From: an uncultured Gammaproteobacteria bacterium
GTDB taxonomy: Bacteria; Patescibacteriota; Patescibacteriia; UBA9934
Assembly: GCA_964599455.1 (NCBI GenBank)
Contig: CAZREA010000001.1
Coordinates: forward strand, 269,183-333,182
Direction: 5' to 3'
DNA: 64,000 nt
Shown here: positions 1 to 9,333 of the stretch, in pieces
Layout of the letters: every line of letters starts with the position of its first letter
Numbering within the stretch: the stretch's first letter is position 1
Made by a program: the position numbers and the translations under genes
The notes under the pieces: model-generated
The model's database searches: none
Seen by the model: the letters and a program-made list of their open reading frames with translations, nothing else
What the model was told of the DNA's origin: nothing

Positions 1-784
1 CTCGAGCACTGATGATTTCACCAAGTGTAGGCTTGTTCACCGCAATGCCGCGTAATTGTACCCAGGCTTCATCGTCAGCTCCGCCTTTATCGGTGAGACG
101 GATAATCCAAAAGGCATCACTGCCTTCCAGATAAAAAACCGACTCGCCAATAGCTAGATCTTTTGCCGACACTAACCACACCGGCAGATCCTTCACTAAA
201 AAGACGCCGAGATCTCCCCCATCCACCGCTGAACTGTCTTCAGAAAAATAGCGGGCAACATCGGCAAAGGGCATACCTAGCTCGAGCTTTTGTTGAATAG
301 CATCAAGACGCATGGCGGTTGGCGAGCCGTTGAGCTCAGTCTGTATGCGAACCTGTTCTTGCGCGACGCGGGCTCTGACAAGAGGCTTTACGATCCACTG
401 ATCAATCTCTTTTTCGGAGAGATCGGCGGCGAGAAGCGCCTGATGTTGCACATCAGAGAGAACCGAATAATCTTGCCAGACAATTTCTTGCTCCTTGGTT
501 CCCAAAATAGCCTGAATACGTGCATCGCGCACTGCAAAACGCAACGATAACGGAAAGGCCTCGTCATATGATGATGTGATGCCAAGTGCGACAAATGCAT
601 GCGCTCCTTCACTAACCCGACGATAACCCATCACATCACCTTCTGCTACGGCCGCGGGTAATACCAAACGCGTCAATGGCCGCGTCCAACCGTCACCCAA
701 ATGAAGGAACCAGGAAAAAATTTGAAAAAACAAAAAAAGAAAACCAATGACTACTCCTATTTTCACCAGCACCTTTTTTTGCAT
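1..784 (-). CDS. PpiC-type (parvulin) peptidyl-prolyl isomerase, membrane-anchored (PrsA/SurA-like); 3' end runs off the window
   Basis: My own minus-strand translation from ATG at 784-782 gives MQKKVLVKIGVVIGFLFLFF (a TM anchor) and later ...SAVDGGDLGVFLVKDLPVW..., which is the parvulin GGDLG signature. The ORF track omits it because it has no stop inside the window. Its ATG overlaps the TGA of the upstream FtsB-like gene. Confidence 0.5.
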   Translation of the reverse strand, partial: MQKKVLVKIGVVIGFLFLFFQIFSWFLHLGDGWTRPLTRLVLPAAVAEGDVMGYRRVSEGAHAFVALGITSSYDEAFPLSLRFAVRDARIQAILGTKEQEIVWQDYSVLSDVQHQALLAADLSEKEIDQWIVKPLVRARVAQEQVRIQTELNGSPTAMRLDAIQQKLELGMPFADVARYFSEDSSAVDGGDLGVFLVKDLPVWLVSAKDLAIGESVFYLEGSDAFWIIRLTDKGGADDEAWVQLRGIAVNKPTLGEIISAR

Positions 785-1191
785 CATAGAGCATCTTGCG
801 AGGATGGATAAAAGAAATAGTGAAACCACTTTTTTGGATTACTCATCACATTCGCCGAGGAGTCAACCTGTCCTTGTTGCATTTTTCCATTCTCCGCCGC
901 TTCTCCATCCTCAACAACGTAAACCGTTTCACCTGGGCGAGCAAGGTTCAACTTGAGGCGGCTGTTTTCTTCGACATACGTTTCCGTCGCTAACTGATCA
1001 ATCAATTCAACCGACTGTAAACGCTTGCCCTCAAGCGCTGCATTTTCTTTTTGCAATCGCGTAAGTTCAGCAGCAATATCCATATTGCGCACATATTCCC
1101 GACCAAATGACACCGTCACAAAAAGCACACCACCGACAACGGCGATGGTAATCCAGGTGATAAGAGAAAAATTAAACTGTGGTCGATCCAT
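784..1191 (-). CDS. Septum formation initiator family protein (FtsB/DivIC-like)
   Basis: 135 aa with an N-terminal TM helix (ITWITIAVVGGVLFV), a coiled coil (AELTRLQKENAALEGKRL) and EENSRLKLNLARPGETVYVV, which resembles the FtsB C-terminal motif. It lies immediately upstream of murE. Confidence 0.55.
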   Translation of the reverse strand: MDRPQFNFSLITWITIAVVGGVLFVTVSFGREYVRNMDIAAELTRLQKENAALEGKRLQSVELIDQLATETYVEENSRLKLNLARPGETVYVVEDGEAAENGKMQQGQVDSSANVMSNPKKWFHYFFYPSSQDAL

Positions 1192-2497
1192 AGCCCAATT
1201 GTGCCAAAGATTTTCTTACCTGCGCCCGATCATCCCAAGGAATGGTTTTGCCATCAGCAACCGCCATCACTGGCTCAGAACCTTTGCCCGTAACAAGCAC
1301 CACATCACCAGGACGAGCAAGTGACAAGGCATACGCAATTGCCTGTGCACGATCTTCAATCAAAAAAAGATCGAGATTATCACACTTCCCTTCTTTGCGT
1401 GCGCCGTCAGCAACCGCATCGATAATACTGCGTGGATCTTCGTCATATGAATCTTCATTGGTGACAATAACCACATCTTCATGTCGTGCAGCAACTTGTC
1501 CAATAAGTGGTCGACGAGCCTTGTCACGCCCACCACCAGCAGAACCATGAATACCAATGATGTGATTCGGTTTTAGAGCCTCACTCGCCGCAAATAATGC
1601 CCGCAAGGCATAGGGTTCATAGGCATAGTCCACAATCACCGTAAACGGCTGTCCTGCGTCAATCCGCTCAAATCGTCCGGCTACTGCCTGCAGACGCTCT
1701 GCAGCCTTCATGACCTCGGCAAGATCAAAACCCAAACTTGCTACCGTTGCTACTGCTGCCAACGCATTATACCGCTGAAATGCTGCCAACAAGGGCCAAT
1801 AGGCCATCTCGTCATTCACATAGACGGTCGCGCCTTGTTTATCGACCGTTTCTTCATGCGCAAAAAAGATTGGCTTGCGATACACACTCCAGCCAAAAGT
1901 CATGTGCCTGTCAGCAGGAAACTGCGAGTAATAGGGCGAATGTTCATCATCAACATTGATCACTGATACTTTATCAATCCGTTTGCCGTTGAATATTTTG
2001 TGCGAACGTTTGGTGAGATGAGTAAATAAAAGACCCTTCGCTTGCTTATAAGCCTCGAAACTTCCATGTGATTCGATATGTTCAGGTGTGAGATTGGTAA
2101 AAACCGCGACGTCGTAGTTGATACCCACATGACGATATTGCGCGAGTCCTTGTGACGAGGTTTCGACAATTGCATAGGTACAGCCCGCATCAACCATGTC
2201 GCGCAGCATTTTCTGTAGCACGAATCGACCCGGCATGGTCATCTTCATCTTGTTTTCAATCTCTTTACCGGCGATGTTAAATCCCGCGGTCGACGTATAG
2301 CCTACCGTTTCACCAAGGGACGTGAGGAGTTGTGCAATAAAATTTACGGTTGACGACTTCCCATTCGTACCCGTCACGCCAATCACGATCATCTTCTGCG
2401 ACGGCGAACCATAAAGAACCTCAGCAAGTCGCGCGAGGAGAAAGTGATACGCCAACAGCAATGGCGGTGGGACGAGCTTTTTCAGCATCGACGCCAT
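1172..2497 (-). CDS. murE: Mur ligase, MurE-like (UDP-MurNAc-L-Ala-D-Glu : diamino acid ligase), short N-terminus
   Basis: VIGVTGTNGKSST P-loop. GRFVLQKMLRDMVDAGCTYAIVETSSQGLAQYRHVGINYDVAVFTNLTPEHIESHGSFEAYKQAKGLLF aligns to the E. coli MurE core as I recall it. The C-terminal VIVTNEDSYDEDP aligns to the MurE VVVTDDNPRTEEP region, so the DNPR specificity motif is replaced. TAA stop. Confidence 0.75.
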   Translation of the reverse strand: MASMLKKLVPPPLLLAYHFLLARLAEVLYGSPSQKMIVIGVTGTNGKSSTVNFIAQLLTSLGETVGYTSTAGFNIAGKEIENKMKMTMPGRFVLQKMLRDMVDAGCTYAIVETSSQGLAQYRHVGINYDVAVFTNLTPEHIESHGSFEAYKQAKGLLFTHLTKRSHKIFNGKRIDKVSVINVDDEHSPYYSQFPADRHMTFGWSVYRKPIFFAHEETVDKQGATVYVNDEMAYWPLLAAFQRYNALAAVATVASLGFDLAEVMKAAERLQAVAGRFERIDAGQPFTVIVDYAYEPYALRALFAASEALKPNHIIGIHGSAGGGRDKARRPLIGQVAARHEDVVIVTNEDSYDEDPRSIIDAVADGARKEGKCDNLDLFLIEDRAQAIAYALSLARPGDVVLVTGKGSEPVMAVADGKTIPWDDRAQVRKSLAQLGYGSTTV

Positions 2498-2499
2498 AC

Positions 2500-3960
2500 T
2501 TACAGATTGCGAACTTCTTCACGGAACTGTTCCCCACGATCAAATTCATTTTTAAACATGTTAAAGCTGGCTGCACCTGGCGACAACAAAACAATATCAC
2601 CCCCTTCGGCAATCTTGCGCGCCTTTTGCACCGCTTCTTTCATGGAGTTTGCATCGTACAGCTGAACTTTTCCTATTAATTGCTTTTGCAAGATATCAGA
2701 TGCAGTTCCCGGAAAAAGAATGACGGCCTTGCAGAAATTTACAACCGCCTCCGCCAAAGTTTCGTAAGGCAAATTCTTATCTTGCCCGCCAGCAATCAGG
2801 ATAAGACGTTGTTTATCACCAAATCGTTTAAGAGCGGCAACAACGGCCTCAGGAGCAGTGGCGGCTGTATCATTAATGTATGCGATTTCATCAACCTCGC
2901 GGACAAGCTCCTGTCGATCAGGTACACCCTTAAAGTTTCGCAACACGGTTGCAATTTGCTCAGGTGCAACACCACGAAGCATTGCCGCACAGGCCGCTGA
3001 CAAAATATTTTCCAAATTATGATCACCCTGCAACGCCACATCTTTTAACGGCAAGATGCTCGTCTCTTTTCCTTCTCTTCTAAAGAGAATGACGCCATCT
3101 TTTACAAAACAGCCATCGCTACCGTCATCCGTTCGCGAGAACCAGAAGAGTTTTCCTTTCACACGTGGCGCCATCGAACGAACGAGATCGTGATCTTTAT
3201 TGAGCAAAGTGAATTGATCGGGATTTTGATAAGCAAAAATAATCTCTTTGGATTTGACGTACTCTTCAAACGAATTGTAGCGATTAAGGTGATCGGGATA
3301 GACATTCGTGAGCACTGCAATGTCTGGACCTTTTTTGAGATCGGTAAGGGCACCGGGAAGACTTTCAAGTAACCATGATGAAAGTTCAAGCACGATGGGT
3401 GTAGCGGCGTTGTTTTCCAGAAGTTCATCGAGAAACTCAAGTGGGGACACACGAATATTACCAGCAGTGATCGCTTTCGGATCGAGCGCTTTCAACATTT
3501 CTCCGAGCAAGAGCGTCGTAGTAGTCTTCCCCTTTGTTCCGGTGACCGCAATAATAGGATGATGGAAATAGCGGAAAAAGAGACTCACATCGGATTCGAT
3601 GCTAACTCCATTCTTTTTGGCGAGTTGAATATATTCAGATTCACTCGGCACACCCGGATTCTGCACCACACAATTCACACCTTCAAAATCCTCTTTACGA
3701 TGCTGACCAAGCACAAAGAGCGGTTGATAAATCGTTCGATCAGGATACATATCGTGATACTTGTGATACCACTCCATCACCAAATCGACCGATTCCTGAA
3801 GCTCTTGAGCGTCCTTGAGGTCGGTAATAACCGTTTGCGCACCGTGACGCATGAGCCATTTAGCAGTACCGAGTCCGCTTCCCTGTTTATAACGGCCAAG
3901 ACCCATAACCGTAACCACCGCATCGCGGAAATGTTCTATACGATCAAGCTGCATATGCAC
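2500..3960 (-). CDS. murD: UDP-N-acetylmuramoylalanine--D-glutamate ligase
   Basis: 486 aa with an N-terminal Rossmann GLGRYKQGSGLG motif, IIAVTGTKGKTTTTLLLGEML P-loop and Mur-ligase C-terminal domain. Directly upstream of murE. Confidence 0.85.
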   Translation of the reverse strand: MHMQLDRIEHFRDAVVTVMGLGRYKQGSGLGTAKWLMRHGAQTVITDLKDAQELQESVDLVMEWYHKYHDMYPDRTIYQPLFVLGQHRKEDFEGVNCVVQNPGVPSESEYIQLAKKNGVSIESDVSLFFRYFHHPIIAVTGTKGKTTTTLLLGEMLKALDPKAITAGNIRVSPLEFLDELLENNAATPIVLELSSWLLESLPGALTDLKKGPDIAVLTNVYPDHLNRYNSFEEYVKSKEIIFAYQNPDQFTLLNKDHDLVRSMAPRVKGKLFWFSRTDDGSDGCFVKDGVILFRREGKETSILPLKDVALQGDHNLENILSAACAAMLRGVAPEQIATVLRNFKGVPDRQELVREVDEIAYINDTAATAPEAVVAALKRFGDKQRLILIAGGQDKNLPYETLAEAVVNFCKAVILFPGTASDILQKQLIGKVQLYDANSMKEAVQKARKIAEGGDIVLLSPGAASFNMFKNEFDRGEQFREEVRNL

Positions 3961-6564
3961 TTATGATAGCAAGGAGCGTTCGGGAAGGCGATGTGGTGCG
4001 AGGATAAATCGGCGTGCCAGTTCCAAACCGACCATTTTTAACACACTCAATAGGCCAACAACCATAATCCACGACCAGGTTGGCCAAACAAAACCAAAGA
4101 AACTCGCAACCGCAGGCCAAACCAGCAAACCAACCAACAATACGCCGCTCATCATGACAAACATCCATAATTCTTTGTTATAGGGTTGAGACATCTGTCC
4201 CAATCCCTGATCAAGACGTCGAAAAACAAAAATGAGCAACAGAGCATCAAGACCGATAGCAAAAAAGAGTATAGTCTGCATCATAGACAGAGGGAGTTGT
4301 CGCAGGGACAATGCGTACATGAGCGATAGCATTATCCCAGAAACAAAGATGCAAGCAATAATCGTAAAACGACGTAAAGATGGTTGTAAAATATGTTCAT
4401 GAGAAGAACGCGGCAACGAACGAGCAGTATTTTCCGTCACCCGTTCAAAAGCAAATCCAAGCGCCGGAAGTCCATCGCACACCACATTGAGCCATAAAAT
4501 TTGCAGGGCTGTAAGCGGCAACGGCAATCCCGTTAATAATGCGCCCGTGATAAGGAGAATTTCACTCAAACTAAAGGTTAATAAATACGCCGTCATGTTA
4601 CGGATATTGCTAAAAAGCAAACGCCCTTCACCAACGGCATCTACCAATGTTTGCAGCCGATTATCAAGAAGCACGATATCGGCCGTTTCTTTGGCAACAT
4701 CAGTCGCGCTACCCAAACTCACCCCAATATCAGCACGCTTCAGTGCTGGCGCATCATTCACTCCATCACCCGTCATGGCCACCACTTCTCCTGCCTGCTG
4801 CAATAATTGCACAATACGCATTTTATCTTCGGGATTGATGCGGGCAATAATATTGGCATACCGCAAGGCCTGTGTGAGTTCTCGATCAGCCATGTTGCGG
4901 ATCATTTCTCCGGTCAAGGCCGTACCGCTTTCAGAAAAACCTAAATCTTTAGCAATGCGCCAGGCAGTATCAGGATGATCACCAGTCAGCATCATGAAGC
5001 GAATTCCCAATGCACGAACGTTGGCAATCATCTCCTTGGCATCAACACGCAAGGGATCGATAAAACCCAAAAAACCAATAAAAGAAAAATCATGCAATGC
5101 ATCTTCGGATACTTCTCCATCTTTCGCAATCAACAACAAAACACGAAATCCTTTGGCGGTAAGATCTTTATGGCGATCATGTAATTCTTGCAATCGTGCA
5201 TCAGAAACATCGAGCGCAGGAAAAAGTATCTCCGGTGCCCCCATGAGCACCGTCTCCTTTTTCTGTGCACGCCCAAGAATCACGCCAGAATATTTTTTAT
5301 GACTATCAAACGCTATTTCTCGAAAAACTTCTCCTTCAACAAATCCTGCATGCAGCGCAACATATTGTGCAATCGCCTGCTCGGTTAATGACGATGCAAA
5401 CTGTGCATGCGTAGCTGCACCGCGCGACAAGGCATGTAAATACGTGAGCGACCGTGTTGATTGAGCAGTATCAAGCATCTGAAGCGTCATGTTGCCAGTA
5501 GTGAGTGTGCCCGTTTTATCGATACACATAATCGTCACCGAACCCAGTGTTTCCGCTGAAAGCAGACGACGAACAAGCGCTTGTTTTCCCAACATGCGAC
5601 GCATGCCTACTGCGAGCGTCATGGTAAAACCGATCAACAGGCCTTCGGGCACCGCCGCAACGGCAAGCGCGATACTCGTACTTAACATTTGCGAAGGATG
5701 AATCTCTTTCAGTACACCAAAAAGAAAAATAATGGCCGCAATCGCCAACGCAATAAGCGTGATTTGTCGTGAAAGGTGATGAAGATCTTTCGTGAGCGGT
5801 GTCGCCTGTTCACTAGCAGTTGCCGTCAACACGGCAAGTGATCCGAAAACGGTTTTTATTCCCGTAGCTACGACAATCGCCTCAGCCTTACCTCGTGCAA
5901 CGGTGGTGCCAGCAAAAATCATATTTTTGTGCTCTGCGTAGGCGGCAGAGGCGGCAACAGGTTCAATGCTTTTTTCCACTTCCGCACTCTCACCCGTCAA
6001 CGCCGCTTCATAGGTTGCAAAACTATGCACCGACAGCAATCGGGCATCAGCCGGAATCTTTGCACCTGCCGATAATAAAATAATGTCACCAGGAACGATG
6101 TCCGCCGCCTCAATCGACCGCACCTCTCCATCACGACGAACCAACGCCTTTTCTGAAATTAAATGTTGCAACGCAAACAGCGCTCGATCAGCACGATATT
6201 CCTGAAAAAATCCCAGGCCTGCATTAAGAAGCACAATGCACCCCGTTGCTATCGCATCCCACCATTCATGCAACAATAACGAGATGATAACCGCGATAGC
6301 GAGCAAGAGCGTAAACGGACTTTGTAATTGATGCCAAAAGATTTTCACCACCGAGGTCGGTCGAGAAATTTTCAAAATATTCCTCCCCGATGTCCGCAAT
6401 CGATTTACTGCTTCTTGATCAGAAAGCCCCAACACTGCGCCCTGTTGCAATCGAATAACATCAGCACTCTCGAGCACATGCCACGCATGACGTTCCTCCA
6501 TATAGGCAAAGTATAGCAAGGAAGCGCGTTGACAAAAACCGTTCTCAAGACTATAAACTTTCAT
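3961..6564 (-). CDS. P-type cation-transporting ATPase (P2-type, Ca2+/Mg2+-ATPase-like)
   Basis: 867 aa with TGES, CIDKTGTLT (phosphorylation site), PEGL and MTGDGVNDAPALKRADIGVSLG motifs, and about 10 TM helices. Confidence 0.85.
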   Translation of the reverse strand: MKVYSLENGFCQRASLLYFAYMEERHAWHVLESADVIRLQQGAVLGLSDQEAVNRLRTSGRNILKISRPTSVVKIFWHQLQSPFTLLLAIAVIISLLLHEWWDAIATGCIVLLNAGLGFFQEYRADRALFALQHLISEKALVRRDGEVRSIEAADIVPGDIILLSAGAKIPADARLLSVHSFATYEAALTGESAEVEKSIEPVAASAAYAEHKNMIFAGTTVARGKAEAIVVATGIKTVFGSLAVLTATASEQATPLTKDLHHLSRQITLIALAIAAIIFLFGVLKEIHPSQMLSTSIALAVAAVPEGLLIGFTMTLAVGMRRMLGKQALVRRLLSAETLGSVTIMCIDKTGTLTTGNMTLQMLDTAQSTRSLTYLHALSRGAATHAQFASSLTEQAIAQYVALHAGFVEGEVFREIAFDSHKKYSGVILGRAQKKETVLMGAPEILFPALDVSDARLQELHDRHKDLTAKGFRVLLLIAKDGEVSEDALHDFSFIGFLGFIDPLRVDAKEMIANVRALGIRFMMLTGDHPDTAWRIAKDLGFSESGTALTGEMIRNMADRELTQALRYANIIARINPEDKMRIVQLLQQAGEVVAMTGDGVNDAPALKRADIGVSLGSATDVAKETADIVLLDNRLQTLVDAVGEGRLLFSNIRNMTAYLLTFSLSEILLITGALLTGLPLPLTALQILWLNVVCDGLPALGFAFERVTENTARSLPRSSHEHILQPSLRRFTIIACIFVSGIMLSLMYALSLRQLPLSMMQTILFFAIGLDALLLIFVFRRLDQGLGQMSQPYNKELWMFVMMSGVLLVGLLVWPAVASFFGFVWPTWSWIMVVGLLSVLKMVGLELARRFILAPHRLPERSLLS

Positions 6565-6679
6565 TGATTACGCTTCTCTTTCTTTTATTGATCGGATGAT
6601 AAAGAAAGGCAGAGGAGGGCAATTGCGATAGTCGCATTGACTTTTATTCTCAACAACAACTGATAAGGAGTAACGAGTC

Positions 6680-7537
6680 ATGAGGTTCTTTATTCTGTTT
6701 TTTGTGAGCGTGGCCTTTGCCGCCACCGGCACGACGATGTCGACCTGTAACAACGGGTCCAAGCCCATCACCGAAGAGGCCGAGGAGAAACCCTGTTATC
6801 AAGACGACGATGGTGATGGCTTTGGTGGCGAGGAGTACACGGTTCGCCCGTGCAGCACCATGACCGAGTCCGAGGCTATCGTCAGCAACAATGACGACTG
6901 TGATGACGCGGATCCGAACGTCAATCCCGACGCTGACGAGTATTGCGACAGTATCGACAACGACTGTGATGACGAGGTGGATGAAGACAGTGCCAAAGAC
7001 GCCGATACCTGGATGCCAGACCTGGACGGCGACGGCTACGGCATCTACGAGGACTACGTGGTCACCTGCTATCGCCCGGCGGAAATGGCCAATCGAGGCG
7101 GCGACTGCGATGACACCGATCCCGAGGTCAACCCCGGGGAAAAGGAGCAGTGCGACGCGAGCAGCATCGACGACGACTGCGATGGTGCTGTGGACGAAGA
7201 ACAGGACGCCGATGAGGATGGCGCCAACGCCTGCGATGACTGCGACGACGACAACGATGATGCCTATCCAGACGCCGAAGAGGTGCCATCGGACATCAAC
7301 GATGTCGACGAGAACTGCGACGGCGTGGTCACCTGCTATCGCGACAACGACGGTGACGGCTACGGCACCGACGAAATTGTCGACGGTGACGGCTACTGCG
7401 ACACCTGGGACAATGAAGCCATCGAAAAGCAGACTGGGGATTGCGACGACTCACACGTCAACGTAAACCCCGGCGCCGAGGAGCTATGCAACGGCATCGA
7501 CGACAACTGCAATGACTACATCGACGAGCTCTGCTGA
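6680..7537 (+). CDS. Secreted, highly acidic Cys/Asp-rich repeat protein (putative metal-binding MopE-like DxDGDGYG / CDDxDPxVNPGAxExC repeats)
   Basis: Signal peptide MRFFILFFVSVAFAATG with AAGGAG RBS 8 nt upstream. Three repeats of [D-x-D-G-D-G-(Y/F)-G ... C-D-D-x-D-P-x-V-N-P-G-x-x-E-x-C-x-x-x-D-x-D-C-D...]. Locally GC-rich, driven by GAC/GGC codons. Confidence 0.6.
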   Translation: MRFFILFFVSVAFAATGTTMSTCNNGSKPITEEAEEKPCYQDDDGDGFGGEEYTVRPCSTMTESEAIVSNNDDCDDADPNVNPDADEYCDSIDNDCDDEVDEDSAKDADTWMPDLDGDGYGIYEDYVVTCYRPAEMANRGGDCDDTDPEVNPGEKEQCDASSIDDDCDGAVDEEQDADEDGANACDDCDDDNDDAYPDAEEVPSDINDVDENCDGVVTCYRDNDGDGYGTDEIVDGDGYCDTWDNEAIEKQTGDCDDSHVNVNPGAEELCNGIDDNCNDYIDELC

Positions 7538-8042
7538 TCTTTACTTTTTTTCCCATTCATCTAGGCTATCTCTGAGAGATTTTCATGACAGAAGTTCCTG
7601 ATGGCCACGGGAATAGACGTCGGGTCGAGATGTTGCCGCAACAACATCTCGGAAAAACCAGTGAAAAATCTCTCGGAGGTTAAGCCCTTATCCTTTTGTA
7701 AACCTATCGCCAACGTAAAGATTACCAGCGTACGATGACGGCTGATAGGAATGCTCGGGGAAAGGCAAGCTGCAAGGATCCAGCGGTTGGAGGTCCCGAA
7801 ATGGGACAGAGAACACGCGACAACGGTGCGTGACCCAACCAAGATTCGCCCGATGAAAGTTCGGGGAGGCGGCATCTTGAGGATGTCGTCAGGGGAATGA
7901 TGAAAGAAACTGCAGTGCGGATGCAGAACCAAAAGTCGTTCCCTCGCGTTTACGCGTTACGTGAACTCGCTCTCCCAAGGAGCGGGTTTCTTTATTGGCC
8001 GAGGTTGCAGAAGAAAACAGTTTTTGTTATCCTATCGACCGC

Positions 8043-8117
8043 GCGCTGGTAGCTCAGTGGTAGAGCAAAGGCCTTTTAAGCCTGTGGTCGTGGGTTCGAT
8101 CCCCACTCGGCGCACCA
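8043..8117 (+). tRNA. tRNA-Lys (anticodon UUU)
   Basis: Cloverleaf read by hand. Acceptor GCGCTGG / TCGGCGC (GU wobbles), D-arm GCTC-AGTGGTA-GAGC, anticodon stem-loop AAGGC-CTTTTAA-GCCTG (UUU at positions 34-36), T-arm GTGGG-TTCGATC-CCCAC, encoded CCA end. Confidence 0.85.
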
Positions 8118-8187
8118 AGAATATCTCTGGGAAAACCCCAGGGATTTTCTTTATTTCCCCATTTTTTTGTGAGAAAATAATCATCAT

Positions 8188-8841
8188 ATGAAAACCGTTG
8201 TTATTACCGGAGCAAGTCGCGGGATTGGCAAAGCGTTAGCCGAGAAATTTCTTGCCCAAGGTGACTTCGTGATCGGTACATCTCGCACCGGAACGTCGAG
8301 CAGTGAAGATGCCAATTTTCTGATGTTGCCTCTTGAGCTGAGGGACGCAAAGAGTATCGACCAATGCATCAATACTCTGATCGCTCTTAACAAGCCAATT
8401 GATATTCTTATCAACAATGCATGGACTTGGCATGAACAAGATAATGAAGCGACCATTGCTATCCCTGTATTGCGAGAGACGCTTGAAACCAATGTTTTTG
8501 GCGTGATTGCTTTAAGCGAACAAATCTCCGCTCTGATGAAGGACGGGTCCCAAATCATCAACATCAGCTCTCGCCGAGGATCGTGCGAACAAACAACAGA
8601 TACCCTCTATCCCTGCTACAGCATCGCCAAAGCCGCACTCAATATGTACACCAAAAAATTAGCCATGCGATTAAAAGAAAAAGTAACGGTGTCATGTGTG
8701 CATCCGGGATCGGTTCAAACCGACATGAATCCCGACGGAGAAATATCTGCAAAAGAATCAGCAAATGATATCTATCAACTCATCATGAACAACAAAGAAA
8801 CCGGGCAGTTTTGGTATAAGGGAGAAAAATTTCCTTGGTAG
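8188..8841 (+). CDS. Short-chain dehydrogenase/reductase (SDR) family oxidoreductase
   Basis: MKTVVITGASRGIGKALAEKF (TGxxxGIG) and YSIAKAAL (YxxxK catalytic motif). Confidence 0.85.
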   Translation: MKTVVITGASRGIGKALAEKFLAQGDFVIGTSRTGTSSSEDANFLMLPLELRDAKSIDQCINTLIALNKPIDILINNAWTWHEQDNEATIAIPVLRETLETNVFGVIALSEQISALMKDGSQIINISSRRGSCEQTTDTLYPCYSIAKAALNMYTKKLAMRLKEKVTVSCVHPGSVQTDMNPDGEISAKESANDIYQLIMNNKETGQFWYKGEKFPW

Positions 8842-8850
8842 ACTTAAAAA

Positions 8851-9333
8851 TCATCCAAAATCTTGACGAAAACAGTAAAAAGCCAAGGTCACTACATCGT
8901 GTTTTAAACCTATCGGCCAGATACCTATACGATCAAAAATTCCAGTAGAAAAATGTTTGTGATTACGAGTCAAAAGAAAAAGATTTTTTCCGTATCTTTT
9001 AAGCTGTGCAGCGATACAGCAGTCAGCTAATTCTGGTTCTGGCAATTTTCTAGCAGTATAAAAATGAGCGATATCTATAGCATCTTGAAATAATTTCTTC
9101 TCTCCGGCGATTGGTAAACATGTACATCCAAGAATAGCAAGATAATCAAGAATTCTCTTCTTATATTCTTCTTGATAAGCAGTTCTTAAAAATTCAAATT
9201 CAATAAAAGGATTATAGTGGAGCGAACAAGAAGAATCATCAAGAAATTGGAAAAGTTCTTTAAAGGGTTCAGGCGTCTGAAATGATTCGATAAGAACATT
9301 CGTGTCAAGAAGAACCGCTTTATGCTTCAACAA
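8851..9333 (-). CDS. PIN-domain ribonuclease (VapC-like toxin)
   Basis: ...KHKAVLLDTNVLIESF... classic PIN N-terminal motif. The longest ORF (to 9450) overlaps the upstream small gene by 130 nt. In-frame TTG TTG codons at 9333/9330 would give MLKHKAVLLDTNVLI and a ~14-nt overlap with the antitoxin stop. Start is uncertain (9333, 9369, 9393 or 9450). Confidence 0.6.
   Translation of the reverse strand: MLKHKAVLLDTNVLIESFQTPEPFKELFQFLDDSSCSLHYNPFIEFEFLRTAYQEEYKKRILDYLAILGCTCLPIAGEKKLFQDAIDIAHFYTARKLPEPELADCCIAAQLKRYGKNLFLLTRNHKHFSTGIFDRIGIWPIGLKHDVVTLAFYCFRQDFG

Noticed and set aside
7561-7932. 123-aa minus-strand ORF in the tRNA-upstream region
   Set aside because: Low-complexity His/Ser/Pro-rich translation with no RBS, lying entirely within a hairpin-dense GC-rich spacer. 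Treated as non-coding.
7555-8042. RNase P RNA, tmRNA or SRP RNA identity for the GC-rich spacers (also 38889..39386)
   Set aside because: I could not find the P4 (GGAAAGUCCGG / ACAGAACCCGG) pair at the proper spacing, a tmRNA T-arm plus CCA end, or the SRP GGAA-loop or AGCAGC motifs by eye. Left as unassigned structured regions pending covariance-model search.
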